DNA of 44,718 nt from a virus (IMGVR_UViG_3300037962_000729:1-44718); one strand, 5' to 3'; counted from the stretch's first letter, positions 8,500-17,141 are shown. Notes: generated by a model from the letters alone, not told the origin. Numbers and translations: made by a program.

Positions 8500-8919
8500 T
8501 CATGACGCTTGCCTTTTAAGCATTTCAGGCAAGTCATCACCTATAAAAATGTTGACGCCTTTAACTGTCTTAAGCGTGTTTTCTTCAACGTCATAACCAA
8601 GCTCTGCAAGGTCTATAATCATGTCGAGAGCGTCATTCGCTACCTTGTCAGCACACTCTGCAATTCGAACTCTAAGTGCGGTGATATCGCTACTTCCAAG
8701 GCCAATCATTTGTATTTGGGTGTCCATTGAATTGGGGTCTTTATCCCAGAGCATTTCACTGATGTTTTTAATATCGAAGTGAGTCTTAGAGCGTGTGCCG
8801 TCATCGATAATGATTTGAGAGCCACGCAGAAGGTGATACGCAATCTCCTTGGCTGACTCTTCTCTACGCTCACGTTCAGCCCACTCATGTGGAAATGCTG
8901 TGCTTATGTAAATAGCCAT
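8500..8919 (-). CDS. Phage hypothetical protein
   Basis: 139-aa ORF in the PL operon with a GGGGG RBS. Confidence 0.65.
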   Translation of the reverse strand: MAIYISTAFPHEWAERERREESAKEIAYHLLRGSQIIIDDGTRSKTHFDIKNISEMLWDKDPNSMDTQIQMIGLGSSDITALRVRIAECADKVANDALDMIIDLAELGYDVEENTLKTVKGVNIFIGDDLPEMLKRQAS

Positions 8920-8921
8920 GA

Positions 8922-9056
8922 TTAACCCCCAAACAATGCGTAAAGAAACAGAATGGCAACGAAGTTAATAATGAAGATGCTGTAACCGCGCTCTAACCAC
9001 TTATTAACCTTGCTTTTCACTTCGATAGTGCAACTGCCAACTTTGTGTAAGTTCAT
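8922..9056 (-). CDS. 44-aa membrane peptide, first ORF after PL
   Basis: Manual translation MNLHKVGSCTIEVKSKVNKWLERGYSIFIINFVAILFLYALFGG; GGGGA RBS. Confidence 0.5.
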   Translation of the reverse strand: MNLHKVGSCTIEVKSKVNKWLERGYSIFIINFVAILFLYALFGG

Positions 9057-9199
9057 ATCTCTATTCCCCGTTAATTTCAGCCCTAACCGGCATCACCTAT
9101 CTGGTTTAAGCCTGTTGTCCGAAACCGTTGAGTCTCACGTTAAGCAGGGTGCATCGGCTCACACTCGTCATTGCCTGCGTTTCGGTAGCTGTTGGGAGT

Positions 9200-9241
9200 A
9201 GTCTATAACCAAAGTTATAATAAGTCAATAACCAAAGTTAT
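9200..9241 (-). promoter_or_regulatory. PL promoter with two operators (OL)
   Basis: Minus-strand TTGACT (9228-9223), 17 bp, TAGACT (9205-9200); ATAACCAAAGTTAT at 9205-9218 and 9228-9241. Confidence 0.85.
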
Positions 9242-9261
9242 ATTAATTTTCAAAAGGCAAT

Positions 9262-9285
9262 AAAAAACCCCGACAAAGCGGGGTT
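9262..9285 (-). terminator. Intrinsic terminator of the cI-lipoprotein transcript
   Basis: AACCCCG/CGGGGTT stem followed by a T-run on the minus strand. Confidence 0.8.
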
Positions 9286-9313
9286 AATTGTTGCTTAATA
9301 TAGTAATTATTAT

Positions 9314-10042
9314 CTAATAGTAATGCCTGTGAATTGTTCCATTGAAATGTAATTGATACAAATAATTGCAGTCTGCATTTACGACCGAATATTTCGCTGC
9401 ATTAAAACCAAGATTGTATAGGTTTATAACGTGCTTTCTGTTTATTTTCTCGTAAGACTTGATAGCCTCATTGACAGTTAAGATATTTTCACCTCTAAAG
9501 CTTCGTTTATAGTCTTCACACCCGATTGTGAATGGCCCTTCGGGATCTGTTTCCTTTCTCTTTTTCTCATCTGCAAAACGCTTTTCAGCTTTAACTCGGT
9601 TTTCACGAATCTGATTATCAATATAATCTTTTACCTCAGATACATCCACAGAGCAGTTCGCTCTATTTACCACAACGTGAACGCCATCGGTTTGTATTGA
9701 AACTTCTTTTCTAAGAGAAGGTGTAAACGTAATCGCCTTGCGTGAAGGCGCAATAATAGACTTAAGAAGAGAGTCCTTTTCCGGTGGCGGCTGTGGGCAC
9801 TGAACCATGTCTCGAACAGCGTAATAGAGATCAGACTGATTGATAAAAACCGAGTCTTCACGCCATGAAGCTGTCGCTGGGTAAACCAATAGCTCTGTGC
9901 GATGCATTGCTTTGTAAGCTGCTGTAGCATCACTCACACTCATTCCTTGGCTCATGAAATAATTTATTGAATCTTTGCTTTCATGGCGTGATACGCAAGA
10001 GGCGATTAATGAAATAGATAATATTACTAATATAGAACGCAT
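9314..10042 (-). CDS. Predicted lipoprotein in the rex position (lysogeny-expressed)
   Basis: Signal peptide with lipobox-like LIASC; directly downstream of and co-oriented with cI. Confidence 0.7.
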   Translation of the reverse strand: MRSILVILSISLIASCVSRHESKDSINYFMSQGMSVSDATAAYKAMHRTELLVYPATASWREDSVFINQSDLYYAVRDMVQCPQPPPEKDSLLKSIIAPSRKAITFTPSLRKEVSIQTDGVHVVVNRANCSVDVSEVKDYIDNQIRENRVKAEKRFADEKKRKETDPEGPFTIGCEDYKRSFRGENILTVNEAIKSYEKINRKHVINLYNLGFNAAKYSVVNADCNYLYQLHFNGTIHRHYY

Positions 10043-10071
10043 CACCTTACCTTATTATCATTGCTGTTTAT

Positions 10072-10761
10072 TTACAAATCCTTACCTTCCCAGACCTTCA
10101 ATACGCGACCAAAAATCTCGAAGTCCATATCGCTGCGAATATACCATGGCGGGAAATCCTCATTTTTTGATAAAACTCTGACGCCTTCACCAGGCACCTT
10201 CTGAAGTAGCTTTATAAATCCCTCTTCACCAACTCTAAAAAAGTACACTGCATCATAATCGAGAGACTTTATACCAACATCAACAATCAATGGATCGCCA
10301 GAATTAAACATGCCTTTCATTGATGGGCCTAGGCCAGTGACTATCCTAAGATTTCCTATCCCCGTATTTGATGGGAGATTAGATGCCCATAGTTTTGATA
10401 CGCGCCAGTCGATAACTTCTCCGACTTCATCAAGTAAAGCTGCACCTTTACCCATGGCTCCCCTCACATCCGTATATTGATGGATAGTTATGTAATCACC
10501 AACCCCTGTGGTGTTCACGGTTCTAGTGGCTTGTTTCATTCCATAGCGGAGCCAATCAGGATCACATTCAAGAACTCTCGCAAGATGAGGAAGAAACCAT
10601 GGGTTTTTAGTCCTTCCTGTCATTACTTTGCTAAGTGCAGGTTGGCTTACCGGGTCAAATCCGTTTTCTTTTAAGTACCTTTCCAATGCCTTGAAAACGG
10701 ACTGCTTTATCAGCCCTAAATCAGACATCCTCTGTGCTATACGCTCTTTCATGGTTTCCAT
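10072..10761 (-). CDS. cI: CI-like repressor with S24 autopeptidase domain
   Basis: N-terminal HTH (SQPALSKVMTG...LARVLECDPDWL); GPSM Ser and IK Lys dyad; divergent from cro. Confidence 0.92.
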   Translation of the reverse strand: METMKERIAQRMSDLGLIKQSVFKALERYLKENGFDPVSQPALSKVMTGRTKNPWFLPHLARVLECDPDWLRYGMKQATRTVNTTGVGDYITIHQYTDVRGAMGKGAALLDEVGEVIDWRVSKLWASNLPSNTGIGNLRIVTGLGPSMKGMFNSGDPLIVDVGIKSLDYDAVYFFRVGEEGFIKLLQKVPGEGVRVLSKNEDFPPWYIRSDMDFEIFGRVLKVWEGKDL

Positions 10762-10768
10762 CTTGCTG

Positions 10769-10839
10769 AGCATATAACTGTAGTTATTGATTGTAAAATA
10801 ACAAAAGTTATTGACTCGATATAACCAAAGTTATAAACT
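10769..10839. promoter_or_regulatory. OR switch: PRM, PR and three operators
   Basis: ATAAC-N4-GTTAT at 10774-10787, 10798-10811 and 10821-10834; PR TTGACT (10811) -17- TAAACT (10834); PRM minus-strand TTTACA -17- TATGCT. Confidence 0.88.
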
Positions 10840-10845
10840 CGACTC

Positions 10846-11064
10846 ATGAATAAAAATGAACGACCAATTGATCTAGCGATTCGACTGGCTGGAACGCAAA
10901 CAGCACTCGCTGATATGTCTGGAGTGACACAGGCCTGTATCAGCAAATTATTCAGCGGCAAGTCAAAGCGCATGGATCCAGATACAGCAATAAAAATATC
11001 TGCTGCGCTGAACATACCTAAACACGTTCTGCGTCCGGACATTTTTGACGCGCCATCAGCATAA
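10846..11064 (+). CDS. cro: Cro-like repressor (YdaS/Cro HTH)
   Basis: AGTQTALADMSGVTQACISK HTH; ends LRPDIF. Confidence 0.9.
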   Translation: MNKNERPIDLAIRLAGTQTALADMSGVTQACISKLFSGKSKRMDPDTAIKISAALNIPKHVLRPDIFDAPSA

Positions 11065-11067
11065 CCC

Positions 11068-11092
11068 GCACCCACTACTCGTGGGTGTTTTT
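11068..11092 (+). terminator. tR1-like intrinsic terminator
   Basis: GCACCCAC-tactc-GTGGGTGT followed by a T-run, right after cro. Confidence 0.65.
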
Positions 11093-11183
11093 GTTTGCTG
11101 CTCAAATTTATAGGGCTCAGTTCTTTCATGGTTACAGGTTAACGGAAAGGGCGGGGCCAGAAAATTACCCAAATGGGGGATAT

Positions 11184-11663
11184 ATGAGACTACACGTCGA
11201 ATTTATACAGAATATGTTCTCTCCCAGAGTTCAAGAAGCGGTCAAACGCCTTGCCTCTGGCGATAGTTACAAAGAAGCAGCCAGAGAGCTTGATGTAGAT
11301 ACCGAAACGGTCAAGTCATACGCCTCAGTTTTCCGTAAAGAGTTAAACGCCAGAAACACGCTTGAGGGTATTTCTATCCTTGTGGCTCGTGGCGTTATCA
11401 AGCTGAGCGAAATCGACAAAAAAACACTTATCACGTGTGGGTTGATCATCCTGTCAGGTTCTCATTCAGATTACCTGATGGCTAAAACAGTACGAGCGTC
11501 AAAGACGACACGAATGGAGAGAAGAAATAATGAGATCGCACAGCCTGAAAATGGCGGGGAAATGGTTCATCAATGGCATCAAAGGCTTGTTCTTTGCGGT
11601 GTGGTGTCTAATCGACTTTCTTCTGCGTCCGTTCGGGAAAGAAAAGAAGTAGAGGCTGTTTAG
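11184..11663 (+). CDS. LuxR/GerE-type HTH regulator in the cII position
   Basis: FSPRVQEAVKRLASGDSYKEAARELDVDTETVKSY...LNARN LuxR HTH signature; ATG at 11184 with GGGGGA RBS. Confidence 0.75.
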   Translation: MRLHVEFIQNMFSPRVQEAVKRLASGDSYKEAARELDVDTETVKSYASVFRKELNARNTLEGISILVARGVIKLSEIDKKTLITCGLIILSGSHSDYLMAKTVRASKTTRMERRNNEIAQPENGGEMVHQWHQRLVLCGVVSNRLSSASVRERKEVEAV

Positions 11664-11666
11664 TTA

Positions 11667-12503
11667 GTGAAACATTCAATCCACATTAACCAGCGTCAAG
11701 CATTGCAGTTAGGTATTAAAAACCTAACGCAAGGCCATATTTTCGACATGCTTACAGGTGCATCGACTTGGGCAGCACCTGAAGTTGTTGATGGTGAGGT
11801 TTATTACTGGGTTTCACGACAGCGTATTAGTGAGCAATTACCACTTGCTGATCTAAAGCCAGACACAATTTATCGCAACCTTAAAAAGCTATCTGAATTA
11901 GGACTTATTGACTATATAAAAGTGGGTAAAAAGGATTGTGTTCGACTTACCCAAAAAGGCAAAACCTACTATGTCGGATCTAGATCCGGATTAGAAGAAA
12001 ACACTATGTCGGATTTAGATCCGAATAATGACGAAAACTCGGATCTAAATCCGAGAAAACTCGGATCTAAATCCGAAAAACACTCGGATCTAAATCCGAC
12101 ATATAAGTCTATAAATAACATAAGTCCTATAAGTGATAAGGCTAAAAACAAGTCGAGCGACTCAGAAGTCGCAGCTCGACGCGTTGCCAATCACCTACAC
12201 AAAAAACTCACAGAAGAAATTCCAGAAGCCAGCACGGTAAAACCTGAAAGTTGGATAACTGAAATTGAGAGAGCTATTCGCCTTGATGGGCGAACAGAAG
12301 AGCAGCTCATCAACATCATCGACTGGATTTACTCTGCTGGCACGTTTTGGATCCCAAATATCCAGTCCGGCAAAAAGCTGCGAGAGAAGTACGTGACGAT
12401 GGTTGCTCAAAGCCGCAGGCCAAGCCAAGACAGAAAGCCAGCTAACGACTTCAACAACACTGATTACTCAGAAGGCACAGAAGGATTTATCACCCATGGT
12501 TGA
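11667..12503 (+). CDS. Replication initiator (O-like)
   Basis: N-terminal wHTH, internal iterons, C-terminal FWIPNIQSGKKLREKY; upstream of the helicase loader. Confidence 0.85.
   Translation: MKHSIHINQRQALQLGIKNLTQGHIFDMLTGASTWAAPEVVDGEVYYWVSRQRISEQLPLADLKPDTIYRNLKKLSELGLIDYIKVGKKDCVRLTQKGKTYYVGSRSGLEENTMSDLDPNNDENSDLNPRKLGSKSEKHSDLNPTYKSINNISPISDKAKNKSSDSEVAARRVANHLHKKLTEEIPEASTVKPESWITEIERAIRLDGRTEEQLINIIDWIYSAGTFWIPNIQSGKKLREKYVTMVAQSRRPSQDRKPANDFNNTDYSEGTEGFITHG
11974..12099. repeat. Replication origin: five 16-bp palindromic iterons
   Basis: TCGGATYTARATCCGR at 11974, 12009, 12039, 12061 and 12084, followed by an AT-rich tract (~12100-12150). Confidence 0.88.
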
Positions 12504-13323
12504 TACAACACAGCGAGAAGTTACCTGTGAAAAGCACAGAATCGCATACACGGCTAACGTGATGATGTTTGGCGGTAGGGAAATAGTTACTGACTGCCCC
12601 AAGTGTCAGAACGAATACGAAGAAAGGCAGCGAGAAAAAGAGCGGTTAGCCCGCCAAGAGCATAACCAGAAAATGATTGCTCACGAGTTCAAGCGTTCAG
12701 GTATTCCACCACGCTACACCACAAGAAGTTTTGATAATTTCAGAGCTGCAAATGATGAGCAGAAAAAAGCGTGGCGTATGGCGAAAGGTTACGCAGATAC
12801 CATCACCGACAAAATGCAAAGCGGGGCAGGCCTGATTCTCGCTGGCAAGCCTGGCACTGGCAAAACTCATCTTGCTTGTGCTGTTGCTAATCAGTTTGTC
12901 ACCACTGGCGGAAATGTTCTATTCATCACCGTGTCAGCAATGCTCAGACGTATTCGCGAGACATACAGAAAAGACAGCGACAAAACTGAGCAGCAAGCAA
13001 TCGACGAATTGCGAAACATTGACCTGTTAATCATCGATGAGATTGGTGTCCAGAAAGGCAGCGAAAGCGAAGAACATCTGCTTTTTGAGGTGATTAACGA
13101 GCGGTACAACTACTTCAAGCCAACAATCCTGATCTCAAATCTAAACGCAAAAGATATCAAGCAATTCATCGGTGAGCGTGCCTTAGACCGTATGCGTGAG
13201 GGTGGAGGTAAGTTCATAGCCTTTGAGTGGGAATCATACCGTAGCAACGTTGCAGCAGATGAAAACCTACCTGATGCATCGAAAGCGATTTACACCGTTG
13301 ATAACAAACAGCAGTACATATAG
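12496..13323 (+). CDS. DnaC/IstB-like AAA+ helicase loader
   Basis: Walker A GKPGTGKTHLA, Walker B LLIIDEIG, PTILISN; N-terminal C/H zinc motif. Confidence 0.92.
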   Translation: MVDTTQREVTCEKHRIAYTANVMMFGGREIVTDCPKCQNEYEERQREKERLARQEHNQKMIAHEFKRSGIPPRYTTRSFDNFRAANDEQKKAWRMAKGYADTITDKMQSGAGLILAGKPGTGKTHLACAVANQFVTTGGNVLFITVSAMLRRIRETYRKDSDKTEQQAIDELRNIDLLIIDEIGVQKGSESEEHLLFEVINERYNYFKPTILISNLNAKDIKQFIGERALDRMREGGGKFIAFEWESYRSNVAADENLPDASKAIYTVDNKQQYI

Positions 13324-13336
13324 CGAGGGCTTAACC

Positions 13337-13828
13337 ATGACAACTAACCAAGACAAAACCATCTACGTTACAGGAGATAATCAGGAGTTTGTGCCGGAAA
13401 TCGGCAAAGAATGTTTTGTTGTTTGGTTTGATAGGAGAAACGAAAAAATCACTCCGTCTTATGTTGGTAAACAATCGATGGTTTTCACAGATGAGCAAGG
13501 TGATGAACGGTGTGTGTACCTATCAAACATTATTGAGTTTCAACCCCTAAAAACCGAAGCCGAGATTAGGCGGGAAAAGGCAATCGAATCTTTAACTGCT
13601 GACATTTGCAATATGTCAGATATGTATTTAGTTCCTCCTGGCTTGTTGGCTGAGCGTTTAGCGAAAGAAGGCTACATCAAGCCGAGAGAGATAACTACAG
13701 AAGCAACCAATAATGCAGCTGAGTCTTTTGTGAAAGAAAAGGTTGGCGATGTTATGGATTTAATGTCCTTATTAAGTTTTGCAGAAGGCGCACGCTGGGC
13801 AGAAAAACACATCAAAGGAGAAGCCTAA
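13337..13828 (+). CDS. Phage hypothetical protein
   Basis: GAGGG RBS then ATG; coupled to the next gene. Confidence 0.65.
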   Translation: MTTNQDKTIYVTGDNQEFVPEIGKECFVVWFDRRNEKITPSYVGKQSMVFTDEQGDERCVYLSNIIEFQPLKTEAEIRREKAIESLTADICNMSDMYLVPPGLLAERLAKEGYIKPREITTEATNNAAESFVKEKVGDVMDLMSLLSFAEGARWAEKHIKGEA

Positions 13829-14127
13829 TGCACACTCCTTTAGCCAAAACAAACGATCCAATTTCAAGTCACGCAGCAGGATATAAGTTTGCTAACTCAG
13901 AAGTGCTTAAAAATCACGAGGCCATAATTCTTGATTTGCTTCGTAGATTCCCAAACAGAACAAGCAAACAGTTAGCCGCTATCGAAAAAGAAGAAAGCGG
14001 CGAATATGCACTTGACCGTTACCAGATAGCCAGACGCTTGTCTGGCATGGAAGAAAAAGGGCTTATCAAGGGCACAGATAAAAGCGTTAAGGGTGAACGT
14101 CAGTGGTGGGCGGTGAAAATTGTTTAA
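13828..14127 (+). CDS. Winged-helix DNA-binding protein
   Basis: AKTNDPISSHAA...TSKQLA...RYQIARRLSGMEEKG conserved phage wHTH pattern. Confidence 0.7.
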   Translation: MHTPLAKTNDPISSHAAGYKFANSEVLKNHEAIILDLLRRFPNRTSKQLAAIEKEESGEYALDRYQIARRLSGMEEKGLIKGTDKSVKGERQWWAVKIV

Positions 14128-15583
14128 TCCAGACTTCTACCCTACACCAGCCCATTTAGCCACACGAATGGCGGCAATGATTACACCTGAGTTCAGCAAG
14201 AGAATCCTTGAACCATCAGCGGGTAAGGGTGATTTAGCTAAAGCAGTAATATCTCGTTTCAGTCGTTACGGTAAAGGCAAGATTGACTGTATCGAGAAAG
14301 AACCTGAATTGCGGTCCCTGTTAGTTGGTGAAGGCTTTCGTGTTGTTGATACTGACTTCTTAGCCTACGCCAGCACCAAGCAGTACGACACTATCATCAT
14401 GAACCCACCGTTTAGCAATGGTGATAAGCATGTACTAAAAGCGTGGGAAATTATTTACAGCGGTGACGTGATAGCACTGCTTAATGCTGAAACATTAAAA
14501 AACCCTCATACAGAATCAAGAAAGTTACTTGTTAGCCTGGTTGAGCAGCATGGTGAGGTTGAGTACCTACAGGGCCAGTTCGTCGACGCAGAGCGTAAAA
14601 CGGGTGTTGAGGTTGCTTTAATAAAGCTGAGTAAGCGTAACAGCGTAAACAGTGATTATTTCCAAGGTATGAAGCAGGCAGAAAAAGAAGATGAGCCGGC
14701 AGAATACGGTAACCAGTTAGCGCTACCTGAAAGCCGTATTGAAAACATGGTCCTGGCATATACCAGTGCAGTCGACGCAAAAAGACGAGCAGTTATCTCA
14801 GCAGCAGAATCAGCTTATTACGCAAGCCTAATCAACGGTAATGGTGAAGATGAAACCGAGATGGTCAAAGAGTCACTTAATGACTTTGTGGACCAACTTC
14901 GTGAATCGGCATGGCGAACAGTCACCAGTCTTGCCGACTTCCATAAGTACATGACGGAAAAAGTCAGAGAGCAGTTTGAGGCTCAAATTTCTATTGTAAG
15001 CAATCTTGAGTTCACTACTGAAAACATCAAGACGTTCCTTAAAAACCTAGTCAAAGACTACGACTCAATCATTGAAGAATGCATTGAGGAAGCCTTCGAC
15101 TTAATGACTCGTTACCACAAAGAAAACAGGGTCCATATCGAAGGTTGGAAAAGCAACGATTATTTCTTCGTCAACAAGCGTGTCGTGCTCCCAAATATGT
15201 GTGACATACATTTCATGATCACAAAGAAAATACGCTGGGAAAAAGAGCGTGTACTTGATGATATCGACAAAGCACTAGCTCACATTGCAGGGCTTCAAGA
15301 CCAAGTCGACGCCGTTGATGAGCATGGCAGGAAATATAAAAAGCCCGGTTACAAAAAAGTATCAGCTGCACTCAATGATGAGGCGGTCGACTTTGGTGAA
15401 AGAGTAGAGAGTGAATTCTTTTATGCTCGAGTGTTCAAAAAAGGCACGGTCCATCTTTACTTCAAAGATATGAAATTGCTTGAGCAATTCAATCTGATTG
15501 TCGGGCGTAAACGTGCATGGCTTCCAAAACAAGATGAGCGAGTGCCTGAAGCTTTTTGGGTGATGAATGGGAGGGCAGCATGA
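14120..15583 (+). CDS. Orphan amino (likely N6-adenine) DNA methyltransferase with DUF4942-like C-terminus
   Basis: FYPTP, ILEPSAGKG (motif I), IIMNPPF (motif IV); C-terminal FKKGTVHLYF; no cognate REase nearby. Confidence 0.85.
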   Translation: MFNPDFYPTPAHLATRMAAMITPEFSKRILEPSAGKGDLAKAVISRFSRYGKGKIDCIEKEPELRSLLVGEGFRVVDTDFLAYASTKQYDTIIMNPPFSNGDKHVLKAWEIIYSGDVIALLNAETLKNPHTESRKLLVSLVEQHGEVEYLQGQFVDAERKTGVEVALIKLSKRNSVNSDYFQGMKQAEKEDEPAEYGNQLALPESRIENMVLAYTSAVDAKRRAVISAAESAYYASLINGNGEDETEMVKESLNDFVDQLRESAWRTVTSLADFHKYMTEKVREQFEAQISIVSNLEFTTENIKTFLKNLVKDYDSIIEECIEEAFDLMTRYHKENRVHIEGWKSNDYFFVNKRVVLPNMCDIHFMITKKIRWEKERVLDDIDKALAHIAGLQDQVDAVDEHGRKYKKPGYKKVSAALNDEAVDFGERVESEFFYARVFKKGTVHLYFKDMKLLEQFNLIVGRKRAWLPKQDERVPEAFWVMNGRAA

Positions 15584-16080
15584 ACCCCCAAACCTTCCAC
15601 ATATCAACACCAGTAACCAGAGCTAATTGCATAGCGTTTATTTCTCAGATTGATGATCCAAACGCAATCGTGGTCATAAAAAATAAAAAAGAGACTCGCA
15701 GTGCTGCTCAACTTCGTCTCAAGTGGGTGTGGATGGGTGTATTACAAAAAGAACGTGCAGGCTTTGAAGGTAGAAGCCGTGAAGGCTGGAATCGTTATTT
15801 TAAAGGCAAATACATTCGTCCGATTTTGCTTGAACAGGATGAACAGTATCACGAGTTCTTCACCAACGCAGACAGAATGCTTGAACAAGCACCGGATGAC
15901 GAAACAAGAAAATGGGCTATCAACACATTCCTTGATGCCATCAAAACAGAATGGTTAAACGTCAGAAATATGCATGAGTTCATGACGCTTATTGACCGTT
16001 ATTGCACACATCAATTTCAAATAAGTTTACCAGTCCCGGGTGACTTGGGCTGGGCTTATGAGCGGGAGAATAAATCATGA
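15580..16080 (+). CDS. NinB/YbcN-like protein
   Basis: RSAAQLRLKW...T..LNVRNMHEFM pattern; nin position. Confidence 0.7.
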   Translation: MNPQTFHISTPVTRANCIAFISQIDDPNAIVVIKNKKETRSAAQLRLKWVWMGVLQKERAGFEGRSREGWNRYFKGKYIRPILLEQDEQYHEFFTNADRMLEQAPDDETRKWAINTFLDAIKTEWLNVRNMHEFMTLIDRYCTHQFQISLPVPGDLGWAYERENKS

Positions 16081-16355
16081 GTAAATACATAAGTGTAAAG
16101 GTAGATGAAAAGATTCATATCGCCAAAAATTCAATGTCGAACGATAGATTCACTGCTGTTACATGGGTTGACTCTGATGAGGAAGCAAAACTGTTTTTAA
16201 GAAGGCTGAATAAAGACATCGAAAAAAACAGGACTGAATGCTTATCTAATATGCAGCAGAGCATGCTCAAGCTAAACGCAATGACTTTAAGAGGTATGGA
16301 GGGAAGTAGATTATGTGGCCCGTATCTTGGTGGGCTGGGGTTTGCTTCATCATGA
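16077..16355 (+). CDS. Phage hypothetical protein
   Basis: GGAG RBS and ATGA coupling. Confidence 0.6.
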   Translation: MSKYISVKVDEKIHIAKNSMSNDRFTAVTWVDSDEEAKLFLRRLNKDIEKNRTECLSNMQQSMLKLNAMTLRGMEGSRLCGPYLGGLGFASS

Positions 16356-16432
16356 ACCAATACAAAGCACTAATCATAGGCCAGTTATTCATGTTTGCTG
16401 TTTTTTGGTTGATTGTTTGGGGGTTGGCATGA
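16352..16432 (+). CDS. 26-aa single-TM micropeptide
   Basis: MNQYKALIIGQLFMFAVFWLIVWGLA; ATGA overlaps at both ends. Confidence 0.5.
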   Translation: MNQYKALIIGQLFMFAVFWLIVWGLA

Positions 16433-16602
16433 GCGATATCGTGCAGAAGATAGCCTTTACTTCCCTTTTTGTATTTTTCATTACATTCATTTTGACTGCA
16501 TACGGCAATCACCTTGGCGTTAATACTGAAGCGATTGGAAATGTTGCTCTATGGTCATTCGTGATTATGGTTTTTTCGGTGATTGTGAGGATTTGGTTGT
16601 GA
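16429..16602 (+). CDS. 57-aa two-TM membrane protein
   Basis: MSDIVQKIAFTSLFVFF...IVRIWL; ATGA and GTGA coupling. Confidence 0.55.
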   Translation: MSDIVQKIAFTSLFVFFITFILTAYGNHLGVNTEAIGNVALWSFVIMVFSVIVRIWL

Positions 16603-17141
16603 GCAAACTAACCAACAAATCAAAAGGCACTACATGCATACGCTGTGGCAGCTCTGATGCTTACAAGAAATTTCTGAAAAGGCGTGAAGAGTCAGTGGTT
16701 GTTGATCCTGATACTGGGTGCCATCTATGGATTGGAGCAAGGGATGGCGGTGGCTACGGTTATGTGACTGTATATCTTGGTGATGGAACAAAGAAAAATT
16801 ATAAAACGCATCGCATTGTTTATCAGTTTGAAGCTGGCGATTCAGTTGATGGCTACATTGTAATGCATAAATGTGATAACCCGTCTTGCTGCAATGTAAG
16901 CCACCTAATGCTTGGCACTCTATCTGACAACACAAGGGATATGGTTAAAAAGAAAAGACACCCAAAACATATGAGGGCATGCAGTGGAAATAAAAATAGA
17001 AGGTTAAGTGACGCCCAAGTTAAAGAGATTTTGGCTTCAAAATTAAGCAGTAGAAAAATAGCTCCGAAATTCGGGATTTCATATATGACCATACTCCAAA
17101 TTAGAAAAAATAACGGATATAGAAATGAGCACAATGCGTAA
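16599..17141 (+). CDS. HNH homing endonuclease
   Basis: TGCHLWIG...GYG...THRIVY...VMHKCDNPSCCNVSHLMLGTLSDN plus C-terminal HTH. Confidence 0.88.
   Translation: MSKLTNKSKGTTCIRCGSSDAYKKFLKRREESVVVDPDTGCHLWIGARDGGGYGYVTVYLGDGTKKNYKTHRIVYQFEAGDSVDGYIVMHKCDNPSCCNVSHLMLGTLSDNTRDMVKKKRHPKHMRACSGNKNRRLSDAQVKEILASKLSSRKIAPKFGISYMTILQIRKNNGYRNEHNA

Noticed and set aside
9119-9185. Hammerhead-like words (TGACGAG, GAAAC) in the PL leader
   Set aside because: The CUGANGA core is imperfect and the stems are not arranged as in a hammerhead
11974-12099. Regularly spaced palindromic repeats resembling a mini-CRISPR array
   Set aside because: Repeats are 16 bp with 6-19 bp gaps, lie inside the initiator ORF, and no cas genes are present; they fit iterons
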